A stretch of DNA of 64,000 nt from Mustelus asterias (Eukaryota): NCBI RefSeq assembly GCF_964213995.1, contig NC_135823.1:68324001-68388000 (forward strand), read 5' to 3'. The notes under the pieces are model-generated. The model was not told the origin of the DNA. It saw only the letters and a list, made by a program, of their open reading frames with translations, and did no database searches. Position numbers and translations under genes: made by a program. Shown one piece after another: positions 12,230-25,255 of the stretch (positions are counted from its first letter, which is position 1; each line of letters starts with the position of its first letter).

Positions 12230-12632
12230 GGGCGGCACGGTGGCGCAGTGGTTAGCACTGCTGCCTCACAGCGCCAGGGACCCGGGTTCGATTCCCGGCT
12301 TGGGTCACTGTCTGTGTGGAGTTTGCACATTCTCCCCGTGTCTGCGTGGGTTTCCTCCGGGTGCTCCGGTCTCCTCCCACAGTCTGAAAGACGTGCTGGT
12401 TAGTTGCATTGTCCCGGAGTGCAGTGACTTGGGGAATTTCACAGTAACTTCATTGCAGTGTTAATGTGAGCCTCACTTGTAACTAATAAATAAACTTTAA
12501 ACTTCAGATACTAGCTAGGGTAAATGCATGGGGTTGTGGGGAAAGGGGCCTGGGTGAGATTGTGGTTGGTGCAGACTCGGTGGGCCGAATGGCCTCCTTC
12601 TGCACTGTATGATTCTATGATTGATTCTATGA
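12230..12632 (+). mobile_element. V-SINE type 2 directly followed by an HE1-type tail segment
   Basis: The type 2 tail ends at about 12503; ctagctagggtaaatgcatgggg...gattctatga follows. Confidence 0.8.
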
Positions 12633-12633
12633 T

Positions 12634-12928
12634 ACCATAAGACATAGGAGCAGAATTAGGCCACTCAGCCCATCGAGGCTGCTCCACCATTCAATCATGG
12701 CTGATATTTTTCTCATCCCCATTCTCCTGCCTTTTTCCCATAACCCCTGATCCCCTTATTAATCAAGAACTATCTATCTCTGTCTTAAAGACACTCAATG
12801 ACCTGGCCTCTACAGCTTTCTGCAGCAAAGAGTTCCACAGATTCACCACTCTTTGGCTGAAGAAATTCCTCCTCATCTCTGTTTTAAAGGATCGTCCCTT
12901 TAGCCTGAGGTTGTGCCCTCTGGTTCTA
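12634..12928 (-). mobile_element. CR1 LINE 3' end
   Basis: RTRGHNLRLKGRSFKTEMRRNFFSQRVVNLWNSL. Confidence 0.9.
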
Positions 12929-13223
12929 ATAATTGACTGAAAAATCTTTATTTGTGGATCATAACTTTTTGTTAAACTTTCAGCAAATAAATAAATATCC
13001 ATATTTTAGAATTTTAAAGTATTAATATGTGTGACCAGCATAGATTTCATTTAAGGGGAAGCTAAATATGTACACGAGGGATAAAAGAATAAAAGGATTT
13101 TCTAAAAGGGATAGATGAATTCAAGTAAGAGGAGCCCCCACAGCATCTAGTAGATAAGCATTTGAAACGCCACAACATATAAGGCTATGGCCCAAGTGCT
13201 GAGAAATGGGATTCGATACTTGG

Positions 13224-13362
13224 TTCAAAAACAGAAAATGCTGGAAAATCTCAGCAGGTCTGACAGCATCTGTGGGGAGAGAATAGAGCCAATGTTTCGA
13301 GTCCAGATGACCCTTCGTCAGAGCTCTGACAAAGGGTCATCTAGAATCGAAACGTCGGCTGT
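13224..13362. mobile_element. PLE family 2 terminus with head-to-head hammerhead motifs
   Basis: Inverted arms 13287-13323 / 13324-13360 centred on gagctc; each arm reads CTGAC(G/A)A-AGGGTC..GA(C/A)TC-GAAAC. Confidence 0.65.
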
Positions 13363-13466
13363 TCCTGCAGGAAATTCTTTGCATTGTGATCATCCTTAAA
13401 CCAGTGATTCATGAGAAAAGCATTTCTGACTGATGAAGTTGAGCATTAATATTTAAAATATTGAAG

Positions 13467-13795
13467 ATCATAGAATCATAAAATCCCTACAGTGCAGAAG
13501 GAGGCCATTCGGACCATCGAGTCTGCACCGACCACAGTCCCACCCAGGCCCGATCCCATAACCCCATGTATTTACCCGAGCGAGTCCCCCTGACACTAAA
13601 GGGCAATTTAGCATGGCCAATCCACCTAACCCACGCATCTTTGGACTGTGGGAGGAAACCGGAGCACCCGGAGGAAACCCACACAGGCACGGGGAGAATG
13701 TGCAAACTCCACACAGGCAGTGACCCGAGCCGGGAATCAAACCCGGGTCCCTGGTGCTGTGACGCAGCAGTGCTAACCACTGTGCCACCGCGCCG
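13467..13795 (-). mobile_element. V-SINE (HE1-like), full length
   Basis: Complete head, V-domain and tail with (tatgattc)n end. Confidence 0.9.
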
Positions 13796-14374
13796 GTCAA
13801 AATATTACTTGTGTAATGTGATTGACTTGCAGGCCTTGAGTTTCAGACTAGTATCACGACAGAAATGTGCAGGACACCTGAATCTGGCTTGTGATCCACC
13901 TGCGGCTGTGAGATGACCACACAAAAGACACTAAAATTCGCAGCAAGCCTTTACAGCAACCAGAGGAAACAGCCAGCAAAAAAGCGATTACTTTTTAGAA
14001 GGTTAATTGTTAGAACACATTATGCTGAAACTAATCTCATTATGGTTTATACCAATTACATTTTCAAATGGTATTTCATTGTGGAAGTAAGCTTCAAAAA
14101 CAAATGCTGACGATGATTTTGAAGGAGGCAAAAAATCCTGCCCAGCACCTTTTGTCAAGAACGTGCCAGCAGGGTAAAGGCCACCAGCATTTCAAAAGGT
14201 ATTTCACAGGATGCGAGTCCCAGTAATGAGATTAGCAGTTGCAGATGGACAGAGGAACCCACCCCCCTGCTAACAGTTAGCACCCATGATGTGGAGATGC
14301 CGGCGTTGGACTGGGGTAAGCACAGTAAGAAGTCTCACAACACCAGGTTAAAGTGCAACAGGTTCATTTGGCAG

Positions 14375-14409
14375 CACAAGCTTTCGGAGTGTCACTCTTT
14401 CTTCAGGTG
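14375..14409 (-). ncRNA. Minimal hammerhead motif in PLE terminus
   Basis: Reverse strand CAC-CUGAAGA-A-AGAGU-GAC-ACUCC-GAAA-GCUU-GUG; core intact, mismatch at the base of stem II. Confidence 0.55.
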
Positions 14410-14854
14410 AGGGAGGAGTATATAGACACAAACTTAATTTACAAGATAATGGTTGGAATGCGAGTCTTTACAGGTAATCAAGTCTTAAAGGTACAGACAA
14501 TGTGAGTGGAGAGAGAGTTAAGCACAGGTTAAAGAGATGTGTATTGTCTCCAACCAGGACAGTTAGTGAGATTTTGCAAGCCCAGGCAAGTCGTGGGGGT
14601 TACAGATAGTGTGACATGAACCCAAGATCCCGGTTGAGGCCGTCCTCGTGTGTGCGGAACTTGGTTTTCAGTTTCTGCTCAGCGACTCTGCGCTGTCGTG
14701 TGTCGTGAAGGCCGCCTTGGAGAACGCTTATCCGAAGATCAGAGGCTGAATGCCCGTGACCGCTGAAGTGTTCCCCGATATCAGGTAGACAACGTTGGCC
14801 GAGTTGCAAGAGTATGTACCGTATACCTGGTGGATGGTGTTCTCTCCCGTGTTC

Positions 14855-15824
14855 TCACCATGGACTACTCTCCGGAATCGGTTGCATTCTTGGACACACG
14901 CATCTCCATTAAGGACGGTCACCTCAGCACTTCACTATACTTCACGATGCTCCACTTCTCCAGCTTCCACCCTAAACACGTTAAAGAAGCCATCCCCTAT
15001 GGATAAGCCCTCCATATACACAGGATCTGCTCAGATGAGGACAATCGCAACAGACACCTACAGGCGCTGAAAGACGCCCTCATAAGAACAGGATATGGCG
15101 CTCGACTCATCGATCGACAGTTCCGACGTGCCACAGCGAAAAACCGTACCAACCTCCTCAGAAGACAAACACGGGACACGGTGGACAGAGTACCCTTCAT
15201 CGTCCAGTACTTTCCCGGAGCGGAGAAGCTATGATATCATCTCCGGAGCTTTCACCATGTCATCGATGAAGACGAACATCGTGCCAAGGCCATCCCCACA
15301 CCCCCACTTCTTGCCTTCAAACAACCGCACAACCTCAAACAGACCATTGTCTGCAGCAAACTACCCAGCCTTCAAGAGGACAGTGACCATGACACTACAC
15401 AACCCTGCCACAGCAACCTCTGCAAGACGTGCCGGATCATCGACACGGATGCCATCATCTCACGTGAGAACACCATCCACCAGGTGCACGGTACCTACTC
15501 TTGCGACTCGGCCAACGTTGTCTACCTGAAACGCTGCAGGAAAGGATGTCCCGAGGCATGGTACATTGGGGAGACCATGCAGACGCTACGACAACAGATG
15601 AATGAACACCGCTCGACATCACCAGGCAAGAGTGTTCTCTTCCTGTTGGGGAACATTTCAGCGGTCATGGGCATTTGGCTTCTGATCTTCGGATAAGCGT
15701 TCTCCAAGGCAGCCTTCACGACACACGACAATGCAGAATCGCTGAGCAGAAACTGATAGCCAAGTTCCGCACACATGAGGACGGCCTCAACTGGGATCTT
15801 GGGTTCATATCACACTATCTGTAA
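14855..15824 (+). pseudogene. PLE reverse transcriptase C-terminus and GIY-YIG endonuclease, disrupted
   Basis: Motifs above, with in-frame stops and frameshifts. Confidence 0.85.
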
Positions 15825-16069
15825 CCCCTATGACTTGCCTGGGCTTGCAAAATCTCACTAACTGGCCTGGCTGGAGACATTACACATCTCTTTAACCTGC
15901 GCTTAATCCTCTCTCCACTCACATTGTCTATAACTTTAAGACTTGATTACCTGTAAAGACTTGCATTCCAACCATTACCTTGTAAATTGAGTTTGTGTCT
16001 ATCTATGCCATGTTTGTGGTCACCACCCACCGGCAAGAAACATGTACAAACCATGATGAGAATCCATTT

Positions 16070-16337
16070 CTACCCCTCTTCTCTTCTGAAGAAGAGTCAT
16101 GCAGACTTGAAACTTTGGCCAGAATTTTACCGTTCCGCCCGCCATGGGAATGGGAGCCGGTGAGGCCTGACCATGCAAAAAGTCTGGGATTTTACAGGTT
16201 CGGGACAAGTGAGGCCGTAAAGTCTCGCCCCTGGACTCTGTTTCTCTCGCCACAGATGCTGCCAGACTTGCTGACTTTATTCAGCATTTTCTGTTTTAAT
16301 TTCAGATTTCCAGCATCCGCAGTATTTTGCTTTTATT
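16070..16337 (+). mobile_element. PLE family 2 terminus (hammerhead core at 16086-16113) split by a MITE at about 16115-16231
   Basis: ctgaagaagagtcatgcagacttgaaac, then MITE, then ctctgtttctctcgccacagatgctgccagacttgctga; the MITE is homologous to 40374-40501. Confidence 0.65.
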
Positions 16338-16686
16338 TGAGAGAAAGCAGGAATACCGAGGGCTAGAAGCCTCAGTGCTCTGAAAACTGGGTGAATGGCC
16401 CGGCAGACAGTACTGCGCCCGATCTTACAGCAACATCGCGGTGACAAAAATGTTTCCAGTTTAAAAAAAACAATTTTTCAGCTTCCCTCTTTGAACCCGG
16501 AGCATCAACCATCACCTCCCGGCATCCCCCAGACCCTGAACAAGGAGACGAATGGGTTAGTAATTGGAAGTGAACAGGTTTCCAGATCTCTCCCTGCCCC
16601 CTCCCAACCTTTGAAAATCACACCACATTCCTGAGACATCAAGATGCAGCTTTGGTCTCCAGGAATGGGAGATTCTCAATGTGCCG

Positions 16687-16760
16687 CCCCCCCCCCCCCC
16701 CCACCCACCCCCCCCCCCCCCCCCCCCCCCCCCACCCCGCCGGCCCCCGCTCGCCCCCTC
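16687..16760 (+). repeat. Poly-C tract
   Basis: About 50 nt of nearly pure C. Confidence 0.9.
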
Positions 16761-17046
16761 CTGCCCTATGTATCCTGGGTGCCCTCTGTCCTGGGCAGCT
16801 CCAGAATGCACAACTCGTGCTGCTCCTCTTCACACCAAGCTGCAGAGCAATGTGGTGAATCAGGACACTGGCACGATACGGAACTGCCCCAGCAAACAGA
16901 AGGAACCCGTAACGTTGAGCCAGGTGGCCAGCCTCGCTGCTGCTGTTGTAAATTAGCAGCCAAAATACTCCAGTGTGAGCTACAAATGAGAGATTCCCAA
17001 CTTTCTTTGAGAAGGTATTCGGTTAGCTGCCTTGGCTTCTCTGTTT

Positions 17047-17405
17047 AGGGAGGCGGTGGCATAGTGGTATTGTCGCTGGATTAGTAATCCAGACACCCAG
17101 GGTAATGCTGTGGGGACCCGGGTTCAAATCCCACCATGCCAGATGGTGAAATTTGAATTCAATAAAAATCTGTAACTAAAAGTCTACTGATGACCATGAA
17201 ACCATTGTCAATTATTGTAAAAACCCATCTGGTTCACTAATGTCCTTTAAGGAAGGAAATCTGCCGTCCTTACCTGGTCCGGCCTACATGTGTCTCCAGA
17301 GCCACAACAATGTGGTTGACTCTTAAGTGTCCTCAGGGATGGGTAATAAATGCTGGCCCAGCCTGCAACACCCACATCACATGAACAAATAAATTTAAAA
17401 AACAA
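17047..17405 (+). mobile_element. SINE family B, near full length
   Basis: A-box ggtggcatagtggt, B-box gggttcaaatccc, body and tail. Confidence 0.8.
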
Positions 17406-18027
17406 ACATATCAACCACCCATTGCTAGTTTCTTGGGCCGCATCTACATCTTGGCTCCTGGGCTGCAACGCAGGGTAATTGAGGAAGGAATCCATTGCAA
17501 TTCCTGTCATGGGGTAGTAACAAATACACAAACACAAGGACACAGAAATTAGGAGGAGCGCACCATCCAGTTCCTTGAGTCTAATCTGCTGTTCAATAAA
17601 GTCTTGGCTGATCGTATTGTGACCTCAACTCCTCTTTGCTGTCTGCCCCCAGACCCTTGCTTCCCTTAAACAGGGAGAGGGTTGATGCATTTCAGAAATG
17701 TTTCACAGAGCAAAATCATAGAAATACTGTCATACTCACCATCTTATTGCTCTGGAATCAGTATTAAAAAAACTATTGCTAAAATAATGAGCACATTTTC
17801 CTGGCACAAAGACTAATGTGATACTTCTGAAATTTCTGGAAAATTAAAGTAAAAATTCTAAACACCTATTCTTACACATGCCTTCAACTGAGTTTATGTT
17901 GCATCATTTAATTTGACCAATTTTAGTGAATTTTACAGTCTTGGCATATCGATATGCAATAACACTGACTGACACACTGGAAATGATGCAGGAGTTGTTA
18001 TCTTGATTCAGAGAGCAGGTGAGAGGC

Positions 18028-18296
18028 AACCACATTGTTGTGGCTCTGGAGTCACATGTAGGCCAGACCAGGTAAAGGATGGCAGATTTCCTTCCCTAAA
18101 GGACATTAGTGAACCAGATGGGTTTTTCTGACAAGCAACAATGCCTTCACAGTCATCAGTAGATTCCAGAGATTTTTTTTATTGAATTCAAATTCCACCA
18201 TCTGCCGTGGCGGGATTTGAACCCGGGTCCCCAGAACATTTGCTGAATTTCTGGATCAATAGTCTAGCGAAAATACCACTCAGCCATCACCTCCCC
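18028..18296 (-). mobile_element. SINE family B
   Basis: Reverse-complement consensus. Confidence 0.8.
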
Positions 18297-18297
18297 T

Positions 18298-19355
18298 AGA
18301 TTTCAAGAAGACACAGACAGCCTGGTAGAATGGGCAGACATGTGGCAGATGAAATTTAATACAGAGAAGTGTGAAGCAATGCATTTTGGTAGAAATGAGG
18401 AAAGGGAATATAAAATGAAGGATACAATTCTAAAGGTGGTGCAGGAGCAGAGGTACAGATGTGCATAAATCATTGAAGGTGTCAAGGCAGGTAGAGAAAG
18501 CGGTTAATAAGGTATCCAGGATCTTGGGCTTTACAAATAGAGGCATAGAGTACAAAAGCAAGTAAGTCATGATGTACTTTTATAAAACACTGGTTCTGCC
18601 TCAACTGGCATGTCATGTCTGGTCTGAGCACCTAACTTTAGGAAGGACATCAGAGAGAATGCAGAGAAGATTTGGTTCCAGGAATGAGGCACTCCGGTGA
18701 CGTGAACAGATTGAAGAAGAACTGTTGTTCTTAGAAGGTTTAACGATGTGATGGAGGTGTTCAAAATCATGAAGCATGTCACAGGATAGATGGGGAGAAA
18801 CCATTCTCACTGGCAAAAGGGTTAAGAACCAAGGGACACCATTTTATGGTGTTTAATAAAATAACGCATGGCAATATGAGGAAAACCTTTTCTACCCAGC
18901 GAGTGATTGGGATCTGGGATGCACAGCCTGAGAGCGTGGTGGAAGCAGATTCAATGGCGGTTTTAGGGACGGCACGATAGCACAGTGGTTAGCACTGCTG
19001 CTTCACAGCGCCAGGATCCCTGGGTTCGATTCCCGGCCTGGGTCACTGCCTGTGAGGAGTTTGCACATTCTCCCTGGGTCTGCGTGGGTTTCCTCCGGGT
19101 GCTCCAGTTTCCTCGGCCATTCAGAATGATGTGCTGGTTAGGTGCATTGACCCGAACAGGCACTGGAGTGTGGCGACCAGGGGAATTTCACAGTAACTTT
19201 GTTGCAGTGTTAATGTAGGCCTTACTTGTGACTAATAAATAAACTTTCCTTTCAAAAAATTATTACCTGAAGAGCAAGAAATTGCTGAAAGCTCTTGCAG
19301 AGGGCTGACATGTACCCGATGGACTGAATGGATACCTTCTTTACTGTAATCATTG
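18298..19355 (+). mobile_element. Old CR1 fragment with nested V-SINE type 2 (18966-19246)
   Basis: Decayed WADMWQMKFNTEKCEAMHFG...NRGIEYKS; CR1 tail at about 19320. Confidence 0.75.
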
Positions 19356-20287
19356 TATGATCCTGGCATTGCGCTGATGTGTAGATTACAAACTCAATGC
19401 TGGAACAGACAACTTTCAGAATCAGAAGCAACAGTGCTGCCAAATGAAACTTGGATCACCGTAACCAAACAGTAGAAAGAATAACAACTGAAATTAATTT
19501 TTCAGGAAATATTATATGAAAAGCCATAATTTATGTTGATATCTCTGAAAGGTTCTCTGTATGAATTGGCATCTCTTTAAGCATCACTGATTCAACAACA
19601 ATGTCAGATAATCAACAATGGATTTGTGAATGTAAATTACATATTAGAAAATATTAGTGGAATGGACCATTGCAGAGGACAGCAGCCTTAGATATCAGTT
19701 TAAATCTCTTTACTTCTGATTGCATGAACCTTTTGTAAGTGTGCCTGTATTGTTTTAAAATTGCCGCTTACACTTACACTTGCCTGCATCCAGGGCTGGT
19801 GGGCTGGTAAACAACGGGGATAAAAGATTTACCAAGAGATTGATCAATAAAAAAAAGTCATTTTGTAACAAACAGAAATATACTGCATTTCTACTTGGTG
19901 TTCACTGATGTGCAAAGAATGAATCTCCCAGACGCGACTAGATTAGGTTGTGTTTGTGAGGGGAATCTGGTTTTAATGTACCAACATGACAGCAAATAAT
20001 AGCCTGAGTGAAAGCATTGATCGCTTCTCCAAAAGATCAATACATCCTTAACTCCTGAACATATTGGAAAAGACTTATTTTATTAACTCAGGGGGAAGAT
20101 GCTAACCAAAAAAGGCAGAACATAAAGGAGAGTTTTAATTTACATTTAAAGTATAATAATGATCACTAAAATTGAAGATTTCTCTTCATTCGAGGATTTT
20201 TGTGGAAGGTTTGGATCTGGGTGTGAAAACTCTCAATTTTCTGAAGAGATCTTTTTTACTTGCACAGATCCTTGGGTAAATCAATAT

Positions 20288-20565
20288 AAGTTTATTTACC
20301 AGTGTCACAAGTAGGCTTGCATTAACACTGCAATGAAGTTATTGTGAAATTCCCCGAGTCGCCACACTCCGGCACCTGTTTGGGTACACTGAGAGAGAAT
20401 TTAGCATGGCCAATGCACCCTAACCAGCACATCTTTCAGACTGTGGGAGGAAACCAGAGCACCTGGAGGAAACCCACGCAGACACGGGGAGAACGTGCAG
20501 ACTCTGCACAGACAGAGACCCGAGCTGGGAATTGAACCCGGGTCGCTGGCGCTGTGAGACAGCAG
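20288..20565 (-). mobile_element. V-SINE, type 2 tail
   Basis: Consensus match. Confidence 0.85.
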
Positions 20566-22599
20566 TCACCCACTTTTAGGAATTTTAGGGATTACATGGT
20601 AAAATAATGAAAGGGGGAGATGGAAAGAAAATTGATCACAGAAAATCTTACTGCAATGCAAACTATTTACTTGATGAATGGAATTCAACAGTTTAACAAA
20701 TAAGAACAAAGAAAATTACAGCACAGGAACAGGCCCTTCGGCCCTCCAAGCCTGCATCGACCATGCTGCCCGTCTGAACTAAAATCCCCTAGTTCCACGC
20801 AACAATCCAATCATAAATATAACAGAATAAGTGACTGAACAGCATTTTGTGGCATAAAAGGAAGAGGTTTGCTGCTTCCTCTGCCTGTACGATTTGTCTT
20901 AGGGCAGCTTCACATTCTGTAGCAATGACAAATTGATTAAGACGTTATTAAACTCATGGAGAATCTCGGTTTCTGATTTTGCCTCAAGCATATAGACCTT
21001 GAAATTACACCAAGGCATATTTGTACATGAATGCTCAACGTGTTCACCTGACACCCCTCTCTCCAGTACTTTTAGCAGAGCCAGTCAAAATAAATGGACT
21101 GATGCTGTCACTAAAATAGTGAGAGAAAAAGTTTGGAGAAATGTGCTAAGCATTTGCACACTTTAAATCCTGCAATTGTATCCAAGGGCAGGAAGTTAAA
21201 ATAATGGAAGTGCAAAAAACAAATATTTGTAGTTTGCTCGAAAGCTTGTTTAATAAAAAAGGAGGATATTTGAATCACAATGCAGTGGGCTGCGGCAAAG
21301 AGCACAGAATGAATGAAACATAATAGAAAACATCTAGAGATATTCAATTTGCCATGCACTGGGGTTTCATTCCAAGATTGAGACACTGCCTGCTCATTTA
21401 TTGCTATAGGGAAAGGAAAATAACAGGATGATGGTTGCAATGGGTGGTAATCCATTCTGCAGGCCTACCGTTAATTTGTTTTTTTTGTCTTGCCTGGTGC
21501 ACCTTATTAAAAAAAAACATGACCTATTTAGTATAAAATGATTTATCAATCTTATTTGTGAAAGACTGCTCCGCCATTTTTATCATTTATGTATCGCGAC
21601 ACATTACCATAAAACAAACTCTGAGAAACAGTCATGTATTTTCCCAAAGTAAATGATTTGTCATGTTATTAAAAACACAGCTTCATGGTTTTCAAACAGG
21701 GAGAAATAATTTAACCGCTAACGTTAATAGAATTGGACATATGAATGTATAGAAACACACTTTCGTTTGCATATTGTCAGTTTGTTATTGCACATGATCA
21801 ATTTTCCCTCCGTACTGCAATGTACAATGTACTTTGGGTCATTTTTCTATTATCTTAAATTCCATAGCTTTTCCACTTCACAGCAATGTGCTTCAGGTCA
21901 GCTGTGTCAGTTCACATTATCATGCTATACTCATCCCATTTACTTTATGTCGGGGAATAGAAGAGGTCTGTTTGCATTTTGAAACTATATCATTGTGTTG
22001 AACATTGTATTCAATTGCACATCAAATGAACATCAATATCTGAGGAAAGTACTTGGTTGACCAAGAACTCTTTTATTTGCCGCTAATCACGAAGCCACAT
22101 TCTTTCAATTTGTGAGCTATTTAAGAGTACCAACTGTTGTGAACTTTGCATTGCTGGCTGAAACTTAAAAACAACCACAGCCCTATCTTAATCTTCAATA
22201 GCTGTGTACAACACAATTGCTCTGAAGATATCTTTTCACACAAGTTGCCGCCAAAACCTTCGATCGCAATGCACACAAAAACCATTTGAGGGGGTTAATG
22301 AACTGTCACCAGAATCCTGTGGACAGCACCCCAGTAATAAACATCATCGGAGCAGAGTCAATGAGATGGCCGACATGCATTGCAGGCATTTTAAGAGGCG
22401 GTCTGGTGGTGTAGCCTATTGCCTCAGTAATGGTTATCCAATGTGCTGGAAAATTGTGTATTGGCGATTATGACCCCTTATCTACAAGTTTCCAATCTCA
22501 ACCATGGAAGAAGCAGTGGATCAAAGGAAGGCACAAGAAGGAAAGCTGGACGAACTGATGCAGATAAAAGCCTGCCCTATTCAACCTTTCCTCATAGGA

Positions 22600-23445
22600 C
22601 AACCCGCTCAATCCTTGTAGTAGTCTGGTAAACCTCTGAACTGTTTGAAATGAATTTACAACTTTCCTTAAATAAGATCACCAATACTATACACCGTACT
22701 CTAAATGTGGTCTCGCTAGGGCTCTGTATAACTGATGCATAACCTCTCTACTTTTATATTCAATTCCCTTTGCAATATATAACATTCTATTCGCTTTCCT
22801 AATTACTTGCTGTACCTGCATACTGGTCTTTTGCGATTCATGTACCAAGATACCCAGATCTCTCTGCAATCTCTCGCCATTTAGTTAACATGCTTCTCTC
22901 TTATTCCTCCTGCCAAAATAGTTAATTTCACATTTTCCCATGTTATACTCCATTTGCCAAATCTTTGTACACTCACCTAACCTATCTATATCTTTTTGTA
23001 GCCTCCTTATGTCCACTTCACAACTTACTTTCCTACCTATCTTTGTGTAAGTAGCAAATTTGGCAAGCATCTCATCCATTCCTTCATCCAGATATAAATT
23101 GTAAACGGTTGAGTTCTGAGCACTGATCACTGTGGTACACCACTCGCTGCATCTTGCCAACCTGAAAAAAAAACCATTTATGCCTACACTACGTTAGCCA
23201 GTCAATCTTCTATCCATGCCAATATGTTACCCCATATATCATGAGCTTTTATTTTCCACAATAACGTTCAATTTGGCACTTTATCAAACGCCTTCTGGCA
23301 ATCTAAGTACAGCACATCCACTGGTTCTCCTTTATCCACAACACATGTTACTTCCTCAAAGGACTCCAATAAGTTGGTTAAACATGATTTCCCTTTCATA
23401 AAACCATGCTGACTGTGTGATTATGTTGAATTTATCCAAGTGCCC
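22600..23445 (-). mobile_element. CR1 RT fragment (decayed)
   Basis: QRDLGILVHESQK...RPHLEY and WQMEYNMGKCE motifs. Confidence 0.85.
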
Positions 23446-24383
23446 TTATATAAATAGTTTTAGTAAGTATAGTGAATATTGCAGCAGTTACTGGAAGAGT
23501 TAAATTAAGTTAATTGAACAGGAGGTAGGTATTAGAAAAAACACCTTATTTTCCATAAATAGCAACCAAAAGATGAATATGAAATGCCCATTTGATCCCT
23601 ACCTCCAATGCCATTCCTGATTTTTATATTAATATCAAATATTGCAGTAACCAAATCAAACAAACCCATCACGGTTTCATCTATATTGTCAACAAAAGGC
23701 CTTTCAGACTACCATCAACCGTCCGAAAATGTAATTATAAGTTCCAGCATTTTAGTTCCAGTATTTGTTCAGCTTAATTCTGAATTTGATTTTCTGACTG
23801 TAAAGCCCTTGTTGTCATTCTTCAATTTAACCTAAAGACATACTTTAACAGCTTACCAGAAATGTGTAAATTTAGATTGCGCACCGTTTTGAGTCTGTGT
23901 GATCTATGAGGTCCCTTTTAACCTCAAAATGCCACCACGGTGAACTGCAGCAACTCCAAATCACTTGAGACAAGGTCATTGAGAGCTGCTGGGCACAGAT
24001 AATAACCCAAACATCTGCAGGGAATGGATATGTCTCCCTTTTGCCACCAAGCTCGGCAACTTGGAAGCTAAGATTTAGCATCTCGTAGAAAGATAATTGT
24101 TTTGTTGCAGATTCAGTCTCATAAACCAAATGGGGAAGGAGAAGTAATTTTGCAAAAACAACTATTAAACAAGACCTAGGAAATAATTTACAAATAAGAC
24201 AGATATGAAAAAACAGTGTGAATTGAAAAGTCCAATGTAAATATGGTATTTTGTGCTATTTTACATATTTCGGTTTTTCAGTATGACTTGTAAAATAACA
24301 GGCATATATTGAATTTTAAGTTAACATAGAATAAAATCCTGAAACTTTCTCTGTATCAGACTTTAAAAAGAAATCTGGTTTTA

Positions 24384-24687
24384 CCATGGTGGCACAGTGG
24401 TTAGCACTGCTGCCTCACAGCGCAAGGGACCCGGGTTCGATTCCCGGCTTGGGTCACTGTCTGTGTGTAGTCTGCATGTTCTCCCCATGTCTGCAGGGGT
24501 TTCCTCCGGGTGCTCCGGTTTCCTCCTACAGTCAGAAAGACGTGCTGGTTAGGTGCATTGGCCATGCTAAATTCTCCCCCAGTGTACCCAAACAGGCGCT
24601 GGAGTGTGGCAACTAGGGGATTTTCACAGTAACTTCATTGCAGTGTTAATGTAAGCCTACTTGTGACTAGTAAATAAACTAAACTAA
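24384..24687 (+). mobile_element. V-SINE, type 2 tail
   Basis: Consensus match. Confidence 0.85.
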
Positions 24688-25255
24688 TATGCCATTAAAC
24701 ATGTCCAGTTTTTGGCTGAAGTTGCAAAATGTTGCATGTGACTAAGAGATGTGAACATGCCATCACAACATTTGTACATTTTGTCTTAATGATCATGTTT
24801 TTCTTGGTATTGGCTTGAATGTATAAATGTAAATAAAGAAAACAGCTCGATCAATACAGCCAGTTCAGTTTGGTTACTTTATTAAAGGGTGCTGGCAAGC
24901 ATTCTATTTGTATTAAAAAGTGTGATACAACTTCTAAATACATTATGCCTTCAGGCTGGAGCTCCCATCTGCTTTGAACTGATAACATTCTTCGTAAAAT
25001 CGCTTAGGCTACATTTTCCCTTTGACCATTACTCTATGGAATGGGATTTACTTGATAGTATTTTTATATAAGTTTATGAAGAGGTTTACACCAAACCAGG
25101 GAAGTTATTATTTGTCTATAAGAATCACATACACCTTTTATCTTACAAAACTTTGAAAAAGATATATAGATTTTCAGTTTCAGTTCATGATCTGTATTTT
25201 CAACATAATTATTACACCACATCTTATTCCCACAGTTATAACCGATGAACCCTGT

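Larger units (their letters stand above)
14288..16040 (+). mobile_element. Penelope-like retroelement (probably Neptune clade), 5'-truncated with inverted 3' segment
   Basis: Plus strand 14855-15824 encodes the RT C-terminus/thumb (LTMDYSPESVAFLDTRISIKDGHLSTSLY; IPYG.ALHIHRICS), a Cys linker (CHSNLCKTC) and GIY-YIG (NVVYLKRCRKGCPEAWYIGETMQTLRQQMNEHR); 14288-14849 is an inverted copy of the 3' part. Confidence 0.88.

Noticed and set aside
12230-12300. tRNA-like A/B boxes
   Set aside because: SINE heads followed by a V-domain; no complete cloverleaf tRNA gene recognised.
16557-17048. Pro/Gly-rich ORFs
   Set aside because: Caused by the poly-C tract; the flanks may be decayed transposon sequence but I could not assign a motif.
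23872-24129. 85-aa minus-strand ORF
   Set aside because: No recognisable homology and it terminates just before the nearby donor; kept only as a possible non-coding exon.
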